A stretch of 64,000 nt of DNA, taken from Shigella phage ESh28. Of the stretch, positions 28,795 through 39,609 are shown piece by piece. How positions within the stretch are numbered: the stretch's first letter is position 1; every line of letters begins with the position of its first letter. The notes under the pieces were generated by a model. It was given only the letters and a program-made list of their open reading frames with translations, was not told the origin of the DNA and ran no database searches. The stretch is taken from the sequence record ON528738; one strand, 5' to 3'. Position numbers and translations under genes: made by a program.

Positions 28795-29997
28795 ATGAAA
28801 GTATGTATTTTTATGGCTCGAGGTCTTGAAGGTTGTGGTGTAACAAAATTCTCACTCGAGCAACGTGATTGGTTTATTAAAAATGGTCATGAAGTGACTT
28901 TGGTTTATGCTAAAGATAAATCATTTACTCGTAATTGCGCGCATGATTATAAATCATTTTCAATTCCGGTTTTATTGGCAAAAGAATATGATAAAACACT
29001 TAAGCTGGTAAATGATTGTGATATTCTAATTATCAATTCAGTTCCTGCTACTTCGGTTGAAGAAGACACTATTAATAACTATAAAAAAATTATTGATAAC
29101 ATTAAACCTTCTGTTCGTGTTGTAGTTTATCAGCATGACCATTCTTCTCTTTCTTTGCGTCGAAATTTGGGATTAGAAGAAACTGTTCGTCGAGCTGATG
29201 TTATTTTTAGCCATTCTGATAATGGCGATTTTAATAAAGTTCTGATGAAAGAATGGTATCCAGAAACTGTTTCTCTGTTTGATGATATTGAAGAAGCACC
29301 GACAGTATATAACTTTCAGCCTCCTATGGATATTGCGAAGGTTCGGTCAACCTACTGGAAAGATGTTTCTGAAATTAACATGAATATCAACCGTTGGATT
29401 GGTCGTACGACTACATGGAAAGGTTTTTATCAGATGTTTGATTTTCACGAAAAACATCTTAAACCTGCAGGACTAAGTACTATTATGGAAGGTCTGGAAC
29501 GTTCTCCAGCGTTCATTCCCATTAAAGAAAAAGGAATTCCATACGAGTATTATCGTCTTCATCAAGTAGACCAAATTAAAATTGCTCCTAATTTGCCAAC
29601 GCAAATTCTTGACCGTTATGTAAATAGCGAAATGCTTGAACGCATGAGTAAATCCGGATTTGGTTATCAGCTGAGTAAGTTGGACAAAAAATATCTACAA
29701 CGTTCTTTAGAATATACTCATCTCGAGCTTGGTGCATGTGGAACAATTCCGGTATTTTGGAAATCTACTGGCGAAAATTTAAAATTCCGTGTTGATAATA
29801 CTCCTTTGACCTCGCATGATAGCGGTATCATTTGGTTTGATGAAAATGACATGGAATCAACATTTGAACGTATTAAAGAACTGTCATCTGACCGAACTCT
29901 TTATGACCGCGAACGCGAAAAAGCTTATGAATTTTTGTATCAGCATCAAGATTCAAGCTTCTGCTTTAAAGAACAGTTTGACATTATTACAAAATAA
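28795..29997 (+). CDS. agt: DNA alpha-glucosyltransferase
   Basis: 400 aa; MKVCIFMARGLEGCGVTKFSLEQRDWFIKNGHEVTLVYAKDKSF matches T4 alpha-gt. Confidence 0.9.
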   Translation: MKVCIFMARGLEGCGVTKFSLEQRDWFIKNGHEVTLVYAKDKSFTRNCAHDYKSFSIPVLLAKEYDKTLKLVNDCDILIINSVPATSVEEDTINNYKKIIDNIKPSVRVVVYQHDHSSLSLRRNLGLEETVRRADVIFSHSDNGDFNKVLMKEWYPETVSLFDDIEEAPTVYNFQPPMDIAKVRSTYWKDVSEINMNINRWIGRTTTWKGFYQMFDFHEKHLKPAGLSTIMEGLERSPAFIPIKEKGIPYEYYRLHQVDQIKIAPNLPTQILDRYVNSEMLERMSKSGFGYQLSKLDKKYLQRSLEYTHLELGACGTIPVFWKSTGENLKFRVDNTPLTSHDSGIIWFDENDMESTFERIKELSSDRTLYDREREKAYEFLYQHQDSSFCFKEQFDIITK

Positions 29998-30016
29998 AGG
30001 GCTTCGGCCCTTTAGC
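29998..30016 (+). terminator. rho-independent terminator
   Basis: AAGGGC-TTCG-GCCCTT hairpin. Confidence 0.7.
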
Positions 30017-30173
30017 TTTATACGGAGTTTGATATAATGATATTTCTTGGATATGTGATACTTTTTCTTGCATTTTATCTATTCACTAGAGCATGTTGGA
30101 TTGGGTTCTTTAGCACACCAGATGGGTTTATTTCAATAATTTTATTTTGCATTTCAATGACGGTTCTTGATAT

Positions 30174-31193
30174 ATGAAAATTTTAAATTTAGGTGATTGG
30201 CATTTAGGCGTTAAAGCTGATGATGAGTGGATTCGCGGTATTCAAATTGATGGAATTAAGCAAGCGATAGAATATTCTAAGAAAAATGGAATTACGGTAT
30301 GGATTCAATACGGTGATATTTTTGATGTGCGAAAAGCGATCACGCATAAAACTATGGAGTTTGCCCGTGAAATAGTTCAAATGCTTGATGGTGCTGGAAT
30401 CAAATTACATACTATTGTAGGAAATCACGATCTCCACTACAAAAATGTAATGCATCCAAATGCCTCTACTGAGCTTTTGGCTAAATATCCTAATGTTAAA
30501 GTATATGATAAGCCTACTACAGTAGATTTTGACGGATGTTTAATTGATTTAATTCCTTGGATGTGTGAAGAAAATACTGGTGAAATTCTTGAACACATCA
30601 AAACTTCATCTGCTTCTTTTTGTGTTGGTCACTGGGAGCTGAATGGATTTTATTTTTATAAAGGAATGAAATCTCACGGTCTTGAACCTGATTTCCTTAA
30701 GACTTATAAAGAAGTGTGGTCTGGTCACTTCCATACTATCTCTGAGGCTGCTAACGTCAGATATATTGGGACACCATGGACACTAACTGCAGGTGACGAG
30801 AATGACCCTCGTGGGTTCTGGATGTTTGATACAGAAACAGAACGAATGGAATTTATTCCAAACAATACTACCTGGCATCGTAGAATTCATTATCCATTTA
30901 AAGGAAAAATTGACTATAAAGATTTTACAAATCTATCAGTACGTGTTATAGTAACTGAGGTAGACAAAAATCTGACGAAGTTCGAATCTGAACTAGAAAA
31001 AGTTGTGCATTCATTACGAGTTGTGTCAAAAATTGATAACTCTGTCGAGTCAGATGAAAGTGAAGAAGTTGAAGTTCAATCTCTTCAGACGTTGATGGAA
31101 GAATACATTAATGCAATTCCAGACATCACTGATTCTGACCGCGAAGCACTTATTCAATATGCAAATCAGTTATATGTAGAGGCAACACAATGA
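30174..31193 (+). CDS. 47: recombination nuclease subunit gp47 (Mre11/SbcD-like)
   Basis: 339 aa; phosphoesterase motifs DWHLG, GNHD, GHWE, GHFH. Confidence 0.9.
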   Translation: MKILNLGDWHLGVKADDEWIRGIQIDGIKQAIEYSKKNGITVWIQYGDIFDVRKAITHKTMEFAREIVQMLDGAGIKLHTIVGNHDLHYKNVMHPNASTELLAKYPNVKVYDKPTTVDFDGCLIDLIPWMCEENTGEILEHIKTSSASFCVGHWELNGFYFYKGMKSHGLEPDFLKTYKEVWSGHFHTISEAANVRYIGTPWTLTAGDENDPRGFWMFDTETERMEFIPNNTTWHRRIHYPFKGKIDYKDFTNLSVRVIVTEVDKNLTKFESELEKVVHSLRVVSKIDNSVESDESEEVEVQSLQTLMEEYINAIPDITDSDREALIQYANQLYVEATQ

Positions 31194-31453
31194 CTTTTGA
31201 TGAATTTAAAAATGTTATGATGAGTCAGCATTTTGAATGCGAAGTAAAAGATGATATTGGGCATAAAGAAATTATTGAATATTGGTTTGAACCGCTAGAG
31301 GTTGAAGATAATTGTATTAAAAAGGTTACAGTCTGCACTGACTGGGCTGTATCTTTTAACTTCAACATTTTAGATAATGACACACCTAAATCATTACGAG
31401 ATATGGCTGTATCTTGTATTAAGGATGCATACTGTGAAGTTTTCGACATTTGA
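31190..31453 (+). CDS. hypothetical small protein
   Basis: Tracked ORF, ATGA-coupled to gene 47. Confidence 0.4.
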   Translation: MTFDEFKNVMMSQHFECEVKDDIGHKEIIEYWFEPLEVEDNCIKKVTVCTDWAVSFNFNILDNDTPKSLRDMAVSCIKDAYCEVFDI

Positions 31454-31640
31454 CATTAATGATGAATTCATAGCAAATATTGATTATACTGAAGAAGATT
31501 CCAGATATGTTGGAATAATTTATATTACATCAAAAACAGCACAAGGTGTTGTTTGCATGGCTGAATTTGATGAATACTTTCTAGATTATGATGATATGAT
31601 AGAATGGTCTAAAAGATACATTAAAAGGAATCTTTTGTGA
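31425..31640 (+). CDS. hypothetical small protein
   Basis: Internal ATG of tracked ORF 31377-31640; start uncertain. Confidence 0.3.
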   Translation: MHTVKFSTFDINDEFIANIDYTEEDSRYVGIIYITSKTAQGVVCMAEFDEYFLDYDDMIEWSKRYIKRNLL

Positions 31641-33319
31641 AAAATTTTAAACTAAACCGAGTTAGGTATCAAAATATAATGTCAGTAGGTGGAAATCCTA
31701 TTGACATTCAATTAGATAAGGTTCAAAAAACTCTTATTACTGGACGAAATGGCGGTGGTAAGTCTACTATGTTAGAAGCCATCACATTTGGGCTTTTTGG
31801 CAAGCCATTTCGTGATGTAAAGAAAGGTCAATTAATAAACAGCACAAATAAGAAAGAACTTTTAGTTGAACTGTGGATGGAATATGATGAGAAAAAGTAC
31901 TACATCAAAAGAGGACAAAAACCAAACGTTTTCGAAATCACCGTTAACGGTACACGTCTTAATGAATCTGCCAGCAGTAAAGATTTCCAAGCAGAATTTG
32001 AACAGCTTATCGGAATGTCATATGCCAGTTTCAAGCAGATTGTTGTCCTTGGTACAGCAGGGTATACCCCTTTCATGGGTTTGTCGACCCCTGCACGAAG
32101 AAAGCTTGTGGAAGACCTGCTTGAGGTAGGAACATTAGCTGAAATGGATAAGCTTAATAAAGCACTAATACGTGAATTAAATTCACAAAACCAAGTGCTT
32201 GATGTTAAAAAAGATAGTATTATCCAACAAATTAAAATATATAATGATAACGTTGAACGCCAGAAAAAATTAACGGGTGACAATCTTACTCGTCTGCAAA
32301 ATATGTATGATGATTTGGCAAAAGAAGCTAGAACGCTAAAATCGGAAATAGAAGAAGCTAATGAAAGATTAGTTAATATTGTTTTAGACGAAGACCCGAC
32401 TGATGCATTTAATAAAATCGGTCAAGAAGCAGTTTTAATTAAATCAAAAATTGACTCGTACAATAAAGTCATTAATATGTATCACGAAGGTGGATTATGT
32501 CCAACCTGTTTGTCACAATTAAGTTCCGGTGATAAAGTTGTTTCTAAAATTAAAGATAAAGTTTCTGAATGTACGCATTCGTTTGAACAGCTTTCAACAC
32601 ACCGTGATAATTTAAAAGTTCTTGTTGATGAATACCGAGATAATATTAAAACTCAGCAGTCGTTGGCAAATGATATTCGCAATAAAAAGCAATCTCTAAT
32701 CACGACGGTAGATAAAGCTAAAAAAGTTAAAGCAGCTATAGAAAAAGCATCTTCTGAGTTTATTGACCATGCTGATGAAATAGCACTGCTTCAAGAAGAA
32801 CTTGATAAAATTGTTAAGACAAAAACTAATTTAGTAATGGAAAAATACCACCGAGGAATTTTGACTGATATGCTCAAAGATTCTGGTATTAAAGGTGCTA
32901 TTATTAAAAAGTACATTCCATTATTCAATAAGCAGATTAACCATTATCTTAAAATAATGGAAGCGGATTATGTGTTTACATTAGATGAAGAATTTAATGA
33001 GACAATTAAATCCCGTGGTCGTGAAGATTTTAGTTATGCTTCATTTAGTGAAGGTGAAAAGGCACGAATCGATATTGCTCTTTTATTTACTTGGCGTGAT
33101 ATTGCTTCTATCGTATCTGGTGTTAGTATTAGTACATTAATACTCGATGAAGTGTTTGATGGGTCATTTGATGCCGAAGGTATTAAAGGTGTAGCTAATA
33201 TTATAAATTCAATGAAAAACACTAATGTCTTTATAATTTCGCATAAAGACCATGACCCGCAAGAATATGGTCAGCATCTTCAAATGAAGAAAGTTGGTCG
33301 ATTTACTGCAATGGTTTAA
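31637..33319 (+). CDS. 46: recombination ATPase gp46 (Rad50/SbcC-like)
   Basis: 560 aa; Walker A GRNGGGKST, coiled-coil with CPTC zinc hook, signature FSEGE and Walker B LILDE. Confidence 0.9.
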   Translation: MKNFKLNRVRYQNIMSVGGNPIDIQLDKVQKTLITGRNGGGKSTMLEAITFGLFGKPFRDVKKGQLINSTNKKELLVELWMEYDEKKYYIKRGQKPNVFEITVNGTRLNESASSKDFQAEFEQLIGMSYASFKQIVVLGTAGYTPFMGLSTPARRKLVEDLLEVGTLAEMDKLNKALIRELNSQNQVLDVKKDSIIQQIKIYNDNVERQKKLTGDNLTRLQNMYDDLAKEARTLKSEIEEANERLVNIVLDEDPTDAFNKIGQEAVLIKSKIDSYNKVINMYHEGGLCPTCLSQLSSGDKVVSKIKDKVSECTHSFEQLSTHRDNLKVLVDEYRDNIKTQQSLANDIRNKKQSLITTVDKAKKVKAAIEKASSEFIDHADEIALLQEELDKIVKTKTNLVMEKYHRGILTDMLKDSGIKGAIIKKYIPLFNKQINHYLKIMEADYVFTLDEEFNETIKSRGREDFSYASFSEGEKARIDIALLFTWRDIASIVSGVSISTLILDEVFDGSFDAEGIKGVANIINSMKNTNVFIISHKDHDPQEYGQHLQMKKVGRFTAMV

Positions 33320-33330
33320 TTTATAAGAGA

Positions 33331-33358
33331 TTATGCTTTAATTTATTAGAGTATAATC
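33331..33358 (+). promoter_or_regulatory. candidate MotA-dependent middle promoter
   Basis: MotA-box-like TGCTTTA about 11 bp upstream of TATAAT. Confidence 0.5.
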
Positions 33359-33374
33359 TCTATGGAGGAAAAAC

Positions 33375-33563
33375 ATGGAATATTCAACCGGACAGCATCT
33401 ATTAACTATTCCTGAAATAAAACGATATATTCTGAGAAATAATTTTTCTAATGAAGAGCATATAGTTACTGAATCTATGCTTAGGAATGCATTTAAAGCA
33501 GAATATACAAAAATAATGTCCAATAGAAATGAAGCTTGGACTGTTACTGATTATTATGACTAA
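33375..33563 (+). CDS. hypothetical small protein
   Basis: GGAGG SD; tracked ORF. Confidence 0.45.
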   Translation: MEYSTGQHLLTIPEIKRYILRNNFSNEEHIVTESMLRNAFKAEYTKIMSNRNEAWTVTDYYD

Positions 33564-33572
33564 AGGTGTATT

Positions 33573-33962
33573 ATGACTAAAATTACTGTGAATTATACTG
33601 TTGATGTAAAAGATATTCAGCCAAAACACGTGCGTTCTGACTCAAATCCGCAAAACCAAAATAAAATTCGTCGAGCATGGGTTTTGTCTCTTTCTGATAA
33701 CGCAATGGAAGTTATTCAGAACAAAATTAAATCTGCACCTGCTCGTCATGCGTATTATGAAGCTATCGATCGTGAAGTAAGTAATAAATGGATTGAATTA
33801 ATGCGCAAACATACTGCAGAATCTCTAAACGCCGGTGCTAAATTTATTATGACTTCATGTGGTGAACGCCTTGAAGATGAATATTGCGGTAATGCAGATG
33901 AACGCCTAATTGTTGCTGCTCAAATTGTTGCTGAAACAATTGCGGCTGATTTTAATCGTTAA
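33573..33962 (+). CDS. rpbA: RNA polymerase binding protein RpbA
   Basis: 129 aa immediately upstream of gene 45 as in T4. Confidence 0.65.
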   Translation: MTKITVNYTVDVKDIQPKHVRSDSNPQNQNKIRRAWVLSLSDNAMEVIQNKIKSAPARHAYYEAIDREVSNKWIELMRKHTAESLNAGAKFIMTSCGERLEDEYCGNADERLIVAAQIVAETIAADFNR

Positions 33963-34017
33963 TTGCTTTATTAAATTAGTTATAAAATTAAATCTCATTT
34001 GAATTGAAGGAAATTAC

Positions 34018-34704
34018 ATGAAACTGTCTAAAGATACTACTGCTCTGCTTAAAAATTTCGCTACTATTAACTCCGGTATTATGCTTAAATCCGGTCAATT
34101 TATTATGACTCGCGCAGTTAATGGTACAACTTATGCGGAAGCAAATATTTCTGACGTTATTGATTTTGATGTAGCAATTTACGATTTAAACGGTTTTCTC
34201 GGTATTCTGTCTCTAGTTAATGATGACGCAGAAATTTCCCAGTCAGAAGATGGAAATATTAAAATTGCTGATGCTCGCTCAACAATTTTTTGGCCAGCAG
34301 CCGATCCGAGTACAGTAGTTGCTCCTAATAAACCGATTCCATTCCCGGTAGCATCTGTTGTTACTGAAATTAAAGCTGAAGACCTTCAACAACTGTTGCG
34401 TGTATCTCGTGGTCTACAAATTGATACAATTGCTATCACGGTAAAAGAAGGTAAAATCGTAATTAACGGTTTTAATAAAGTAGAAGATTCTGCTTTGACT
34501 CGTGTTAAATATTCTTTGACTCTTGGTGATTATGATGGTGAAAATACATTTAATTTCATTATCAATATGGCAAATATGAAAATGCAACCAGGAAATTATA
34601 AACTTCTGCTCTGGGCAAAAGGTAAACAAGGTGCTGCTAAATTTGAAGGTGAACACGCGAATTATGTAGTAGCTCTTGAAGCTGATTCTACCCACGATTT
34701 TTAA
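34018..34704 (+). CDS. 45: sliding clamp gp45
   Basis: 228 aa; MKLSKDTTALLKNFATINSGIMLKSGQFIMTRAVNGTTYAEANISD matches T4 gp45. Confidence 0.95.
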   Translation: MKLSKDTTALLKNFATINSGIMLKSGQFIMTRAVNGTTYAEANISDVIDFDVAIYDLNGFLGILSLVNDDAEISQSEDGNIKIADARSTIFWPAADPSTVVAPNKPIPFPVASVVTEIKAEDLQQLLRVSRGLQIDTIAITVKEGKIVINGFNKVEDSALTRVKYSLTLGDYDGENTFNFIINMANMKMQPGNYKLLLWAKGKQGAAKFEGEHANYVVALEADSTHDF

Positions 34705-34706
34705 TA

Positions 34707-34726
34707 GAGGGCTTCGGCCCTTTATA
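34707..34726 (+). terminator. rho-independent terminator/attenuator
   Basis: GAGGGC-TTCG-GCCCTT hairpin. Confidence 0.65.
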
Positions 34727-34755
34727 ATTTACACTAAAATTTGAATGAGGAAATT

Positions 34756-35715
34756 ATGATTACCGTAAATGAAAAAGAACACATTCTTGAACAGAAATAT
34801 CGTCCATCTACTATCGATGAATGTATTCTTCCCGCCTTTGATAAAGAAACCTTTAAATCTATTACAAGTAAAGGTAAGATTCCACATATTATTCTTCATT
34901 CTCCTTCTCCAGGAACAGGTAAAACAACTGTAGCAAAAGCATTGTGTCATGATGTAAATGCTGATATGATGTTTGTGAATGGATCAGATTGTAAAATTGA
35001 TTTCGTTCGTGGTCCTTTGACTAATTTTGCCAGCGCCGCTTCATTTGATGGTCGTCAAAAAGTAATCGTTATTGATGAATTTGACCGCTCAGGATTAGCA
35101 GAATCTCAGCGACATCTTCGTTCCTTTATGGAAGCTTATAGTTCGAACTGTAGTATTATTATTACTGCTAACAATATTGATGGTATTATTAAACCACTTC
35201 AGTCACGCTGCCGAGTTATTACGTTCGGTCAACCGACCGATGAAGATAAAATTGAAATGATGAAGCAGATGATTCGTCGATTGACTGAAATCTGTAAACA
35301 TGAAGGTATTGCTATAGCTGATATGAAAGTTGTAGCAGCTTTGGTTAAAAAGAATTTTCCTGATTTTCGTAAAACTATTGGCGAGCTCGATAGTTATTCA
35401 TCTAAAGGTGTTTTGGATGCTGGTATTTTATCACTGGTTACTAACGATCGTGGTGCTATTGATGATGTTCTTGAGTCTCTCAAAAATAAAGATGTTAAAC
35501 AACTCAGAGCTTTAGCACCAAAATATGCAGCTGATTATTCGTGGTTCGTGGGTAAACTTGCCGAAGAAATCTATACACGTGTAACACCACAGAGTATTAT
35601 TCGTATGTACGAAATTGTCGGCGAAAATAATCAGTATCATGGAATTGCGGCTAATACTGAATTGCATCTAGCTTATCTTTTCATTCAGTTAGCATGTGAA
35701 ATGCAGTGGAAGTGA
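34756..35715 (+). CDS. 44: clamp loader large subunit gp44
   Basis: 319 aa from ATG (MITVNEKEH...) after GAGG; Walker A GTGKTT; tracked ORF begins at upstream TTG. Confidence 0.95.
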   Translation: MITVNEKEHILEQKYRPSTIDECILPAFDKETFKSITSKGKIPHIILHSPSPGTGKTTVAKALCHDVNADMMFVNGSDCKIDFVRGPLTNFASAASFDGRQKVIVIDEFDRSGLAESQRHLRSFMEAYSSNCSIIITANNIDGIIKPLQSRCRVITFGQPTDEDKIEMMKQMIRRLTEICKHEGIAIADMKVVAALVKKNFPDFRKTIGELDSYSSKGVLDAGILSLVTNDRGAIDDVLESLKNKDVKQLRALAPKYAADYSWFVGKLAEEIYTRVTPQSIIRMYEIVGENNQYHGIAANTELHLAYLFIQLACEMQWK

Positions 35716-35716
35716 T

Positions 35717-36280
35717 ATGAGCTTATTTGAAGATGATATTCAATTAAACGAGCATCAAGTTGCTTGGTATTCAAAAGATTGGACAGCTGTCCAATCCGCT
35801 GCTGATTCTTTTAAAGAAAAAGCTGAAAATGAGTTTTTTGAAATAATTGGAGCTATTAATAATAAAACTAAATGCTCTATTGCTCAAAAAGATTATTCAA
35901 AATTCATGGTTGAAAATGCATTATCACAATTTCCGGAGTGCATGCCAGCTGTATATGCTATGAATTTAATTGGATCAGGTTTAAGCGATGAAGCCCATTT
36001 TAATTATCTGATGGCTGCAGTTCCTCGTGGTAAAAGATATGGTAAATGGGCAAAACTAGTTGAAGATTCCACCGAAGTATTGATTATTAAGTTACTTGCT
36101 AAGCGGTATCAAGTTAATACAAATGATGCAATTAACTATAAATCAATTCTTACTAAAAATGGAAAACTACCTTTAGTATTAAAAGAACTAAAAGGTTTAG
36201 TCACGGATGATTTTTTGAAAGAAGTGACTAAGAACGTAAAAGAACAGAAACAACTCAAAAAACTAGCATTGGAATGGTAA
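35717..36280 (+). CDS. 62: clamp loader small subunit gp62
   Basis: 187 aa from ATG ([14 protein letters not shown]...) just after gene 44 stop. Confidence 0.9.
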   Translation: MSLFEDDIQLNEHQVAWYSKDWTAVQSAADSFKEKAENEFFEIIGAINNKTKCSIAQKDYSKFMVENALSQFPECMPAVYAMNLIGSGLSDEAHFNYLMAAVPRGKRYGKWAKLVEDSTEVLIIKLLAKRYQVNTNDAINYKSILTKNGKLPLVLKELKGLVTDDFLKEVTKNVKEQKQLKKLALEW

Positions 36281-36281
36281 A

Positions 36282-36650
36282 ATGATTGAAATTACTCTTA
36301 AAAAACCTGAAGATTTTCTGAAAGTAAAAGAAACTTTGACTCGTATGGGAATTGCTAATAATAAAGATAAAGTTCTGTATCAGTCCTGTCATATTCTTCA
36401 GAAAAAAGGACTATACTATATCGTTCATTTTAAAGAAATGCTTCGTATGGATGGACGTCAAGTTGAAATGACAGAAGAAGATGAAGTTCGTCGTGATTCG
36501 ATTGCATGGCTGTTAGAAGATTGGGGACTGATTGAAATCGTCCCTGGTCAAAGAACTTTTATGAAAGATTTAACTAATAACTTCCGAGTTATTTCTTTTA
36601 AACAAAAACATGAATGGAAACTCGTTCCTAAATATACGATTGGTAATTAA
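36282..36650 (+). CDS. regA: translational repressor RegA
   Basis: 122 aa; MIEITLKKPEDFLKVKETLTRMGIANNKDKVLYQSCHILQKKGLYYIVHF matches T4 RegA. Confidence 0.9.
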   Translation: MIEITLKKPEDFLKVKETLTRMGIANNKDKVLYQSCHILQKKGLYYIVHFKEMLRMDGRQVEMTEEDEVRRDSIAWLLEDWGLIEIVPGQRTFMKDLTNNFRVISFKQKHEWKLVPKYTIGN

Positions 36651-36652
36651 GC

Positions 36653-36676
36653 AAGGGGCTTCGGCCCCTTATTTGG
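36653..36676 (+). terminator. rho-independent terminator
   Basis: AAGGGGC-TTCG-GCCCCTT hairpin then T-rich. Confidence 0.7.
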
Positions 36677-36692
36677 AGTATAATATATCAAG

Positions 36693-36728
36693 AGCCTAAT
36701 AACTCGGGCTATAAACTAAGGAATATCT
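36693..36728 (+). promoter_or_regulatory. candidate gp43 translational operator hairpin plus SD
   Basis: GAGCCTAATAACTCGGGCT stem-loop directly 5' of AAGGAA SD and ATG; resembles the autogenous operator described for T4 gene 43. Confidence 0.5.
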
Positions 36729-39425
36729 ATGAAAGAATTTTATATCTCTATCGAAACAGTCGGAAATAATATTGTTGAACGTTATATTGACGAAAATGGA
36801 AAGGAACGTACTCGCGAAGTAGAATATCTTCCGACTATGTTTAGACATTGTAAGGAAGAATCAAAATACAAAGACATTTACGGTAAAAACTGCGCTCCTC
36901 AAAAATTTCCATCAATGAAAGATGCACGAGATTGGATGAAACGAATGGAAGACATCGGTCTCGAAGCTCTCGGTATGAACGATTTTAAACTCGCTTATAT
37001 CAGTGATACATACGGTTCAGAAATTGTTTATGACCGAAAATTTGTTCGTGTAGCTAACTGTGACATTGAGGTTACTGGTGATAAATTTCCTGACCCAATG
37101 AAAGCTGAATATGAAATTGATGCTATCACTCATTACGATTCAATTGATGATCGTTTTTATGTTTTCGACCTTTTGAATTCAATGTATGGTTCAGTATCAA
37201 AATGGGATGCAAAGTTAGCTGCTAAGCTTGACTGTGAAGGTGGTGATGAAGTTCCTCAAGAAATTCTTGACCGAGTAATTTATATGCCATTCGATAATGA
37301 GCGTGATATGCTCATGGAATATATTAATCTTTGGGAACAGAAACGACCTGCTATTTTTACTGGTTGGAATATTGAGGGATTTGACGTTCCGTATATCATG
37401 AATCGTGTTAAAATGGTTCTCGGTGAACGTAGTATGAAACGCTTCTCTCCAATCGGTCGAGTAAAATCTAAACTTATCCAAAATATGTACGGTAGCAAAG
37501 AAATTTATTCTATTGATGGCGTATCTATTCTTGATTATTTAGATTTGTATAAGAAATTCGCATTTACTAATTTGCCGTCATTCTCTTTGGAATCAGTTGC
37601 TCAGCATGAAACCAAAAAAGGTAAATTACCATACGACGGTCCTATTAATAAACTTCGTGAGACTAATCATCAACGATACATTAGTTATAACATCATTGAC
37701 GTAGAATCAGTTCAAGCAATTGATAAAATTCGCGGGTTTATCGATCTAGTTTTAAGTATGTCTTATTACGCTAAAATGCCTTTTTCCGGTGTAATGAGTC
37801 CTATTAAAACCTGGGATGCTATTATTTTTAACTCATTGAAAGGTGAACATAAGGTTATTCCTCAACAAGGTTCGCACGTTAAACAAAGTTTTCCGGGTGC
37901 ATTTGTATTTGAACCTAAACCAATTGCTCGTCGATATATTATGAGTTTTGACTTGACGTCTCTGTATCCGAGCATTATTCGTCAGGTTAACATTAGTCCT
38001 GAGACTATTCGTGGTCAGTTTAAAGTTCATCCAATTCATGAATATATCGCAGGAACAGCTCCTAAACCGAGTGATGAATATTCTTGTTCTCCGAATGGAT
38101 GGATGTACGATAAGCATCAAGAAGGTATCATTCCAAAGGAAATCGCTAAAGTATTTTTCCAGCGTAAAGATTGGAAAAAGAAAATGTTCGCTGAAGAAAT
38201 GAATGCCGAAGCTATTAAAAAGATTATTATGAAAGGCGCAGGGTCTTGTTCAACTAAACCAGAAGTTGAACGATATGTTAAGTTCAGTGATGATTTCTTA
38301 AATGAACTATCGAATTATACTGAATCTGTTCTCAATAGTTTGATTGAAGAATGTGAAAAAGCAGCTACACTTGCTAACACAAATCAGCTGAACCGTAAAA
38401 TTCTTATTAACAGTCTTTACGGTGCTCTTGGTAATATTCATTTCCGTTACTATGATTTGCGAAATGCTACTGCTATCACAATTTTCGGCCAAGTTGGTAT
38501 TCAGTGGATTGCTCGTAAAATTAATGAATATCTGAATAAAGTATGCGGAACTAATGGTGAAGATTTCATCGCAGCAGGTGATACTGATTCGGTATATGTT
38601 TGTGTAGATAAAGTTATTGAAAAAGTCGGTCTTGACCGATTCAAAGAGCAGAACGATTTGGTTGAATTTATGAATCAGTTCGGTAAGAAAAAGATGGAAC
38701 CTATGATTGATGTTGCATATCGTGAGTTATGCGATTATATGAATAACCGCGAGCATCTGATGCATATGGACCGTGAAGCTATTTCTTGCCCTCCGCTTGG
38801 TTCAAAGGGTGTCGGTGGATTTTGGAAAGCGAAAAAGCGTTATGCTCTGAACGTTTATGATATGGAAGATAAGCGATTTGCTGAACCGCATTTAAAAATC
38901 ATGGGTATGGAAACTCAGCAAAGTTCAACGCCTAAAGCGGTCCAAGAAGCTCTTGAAGAAAGTATCCGTCGTATTCTTCAAGAAGGCGAAGAGTCTGTCC
39001 AAGAATACTACAAGAACTTCGAGAAAGAATATCGTCAACTTGACTATAAAGTTATCGCTGAAGTAAAAACTGCGAACGATATAGCGAAATATGACGATAA
39101 AGGTTGGCCAGGATTTAAATGCCCGTTCCACATTCGTGGTGTGCTAACTTATCGTCGAGCTGTTAGTGGTCTGGGTGTAGCTCCAATTTTGGATGGAAAT
39201 AAAGTAATGGTTCTTCCATTACGTGAAGGAAATCCATTTGGTGACAAGTGCATTGCTTGGCCATCGGGTACAGAACTTCCAAAAGAAATTCGTTCTGATG
39301 TGCTATCTTGGATTGACCACTCAACTTTGTTCCAAAAATCGTTTGTTAAACCGCTTGCGGGTATGTGTGAATCGGCTGGCATGGACTATGAAGAAAAAGC
39401 TTCGTTAGACTTCCTGTTTGGCTGA
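36729..39425 (+). CDS. 43: DNA polymerase gp43 (family B, with 3'-5' exonuclease)
   Basis: 898 aa; exo motifs and polymerase motifs SLYPSII, KILINSLYG, GDTDS; near-identical to T4 gp43. Confidence 0.97.
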   Translation: MKEFYISIETVGNNIVERYIDENGKERTREVEYLPTMFRHCKEESKYKDIYGKNCAPQKFPSMKDARDWMKRMEDIGLEALGMNDFKLAYISDTYGSEIVYDRKFVRVANCDIEVTGDKFPDPMKAEYEIDAITHYDSIDDRFYVFDLLNSMYGSVSKWDAKLAAKLDCEGGDEVPQEILDRVIYMPFDNERDMLMEYINLWEQKRPAIFTGWNIEGFDVPYIMNRVKMVLGERSMKRFSPIGRVKSKLIQNMYGSKEIYSIDGVSILDYLDLYKKFAFTNLPSFSLESVAQHETKKGKLPYDGPINKLRETNHQRYISYNIIDVESVQAIDKIRGFIDLVLSMSYYAKMPFSGVMSPIKTWDAIIFNSLKGEHKVIPQQGSHVKQSFPGAFVFEPKPIARRYIMSFDLTSLYPSIIRQVNISPETIRGQFKVHPIHEYIAGTAPKPSDEYSCSPNGWMYDKHQEGIIPKEIAKVFFQRKDWKKKMFAEEMNAEAIKKIIMKGAGSCSTKPEVERYVKFSDDFLNELSNYTESVLNSLIEECEKAATLANTNQLNRKILINSLYGALGNIHFRYYDLRNATAITIFGQVGIQWIARKINEYLNKVCGTNGEDFIAAGDTDSVYVCVDKVIEKVGLDRFKEQNDLVEFMNQFGKKKMEPMIDVAYRELCDYMNNREHLMHMDREAISCPPLGSKGVGGFWKAKKRYALNVYDMEDKRFAEPHLKIMGMETQQSSTPKAVQEALEESIRRILQEGEESVQEYYKNFEKEYRQLDYKVIAEVKTANDIAKYDDKGWPGFKCPFHIRGVLTYRRAVSGLGVAPILDGNKVMVLPLREGNPFGDKCIAWPSGTELPKEIRSDVLSWIDHSTLFQKSFVKPLAGMCESAGMDYEEKASLDFLFG

Positions 39426-39438
39426 TAGAATAAATCTA

Positions 39439-39461
39439 GGGACCTCCAGGTCCCTTTTTCA
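39439..39461 (+). terminator. rho-independent terminator
   Basis: GGGACC-TCCA-GGTCCC hairpin plus T tract. Confidence 0.7.
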
Positions 39462-39542
39462 TACAAGTAATATAAATCTATACTTATGAAAAAGAGATGA
39501 TTCTGGACCCTTTGGATTCCCTAAAAATTTTTTCACAAAACC

Positions 39543-39572
39543 GTTTACATCCCTGTTCTTCTATGGTACTAT
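39543..39572 (+). promoter_or_regulatory. T4-type early promoter with conserved leader cassette
   Basis: UP element, GTTTAC, TATGGTACTATAC, leader ACAACTATCAACTACTGATACGGATTTGGAGAATGAAATG. Confidence 0.6.
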
Positions 39573-39609
39573 ACAACTATCAACTACTGATACGGATTTG
39601 GAGAATGAA

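Noticed and set aside
31900-32283. 127-aa minus-strand ORF inside gene 46
   Set aside because: Embedded antisense to a well-supported Rad50-like gene; no translation signals
34741-34755. Upstream alternative starts from the ORF track (TTG for gene 44, GTG for gene 55 at 27295, GTG at 10503)
   Set aside because: Each has an ATG a few codons downstream with a better-spaced SD and matching the recalled T4 protein N terminus
29998-36676. Recurring GGGC-TTCG-GCCC type hairpins considered as CRISPR-like or mobile-element repeats
   Set aside because: Single copies kilobases apart, each right after a stop codon and usually followed by T tracts, consistent with intrinsic terminators
37833-38120. Minus-strand and alternate-frame ORFs inside DNA polymerase gene 43 (also 37215-37498, 38011-38202, 38307-38492, 38925-39382)
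   Set aside because: All nested within the 898-aa polymerase frame, which is near-identical to T4 gp43
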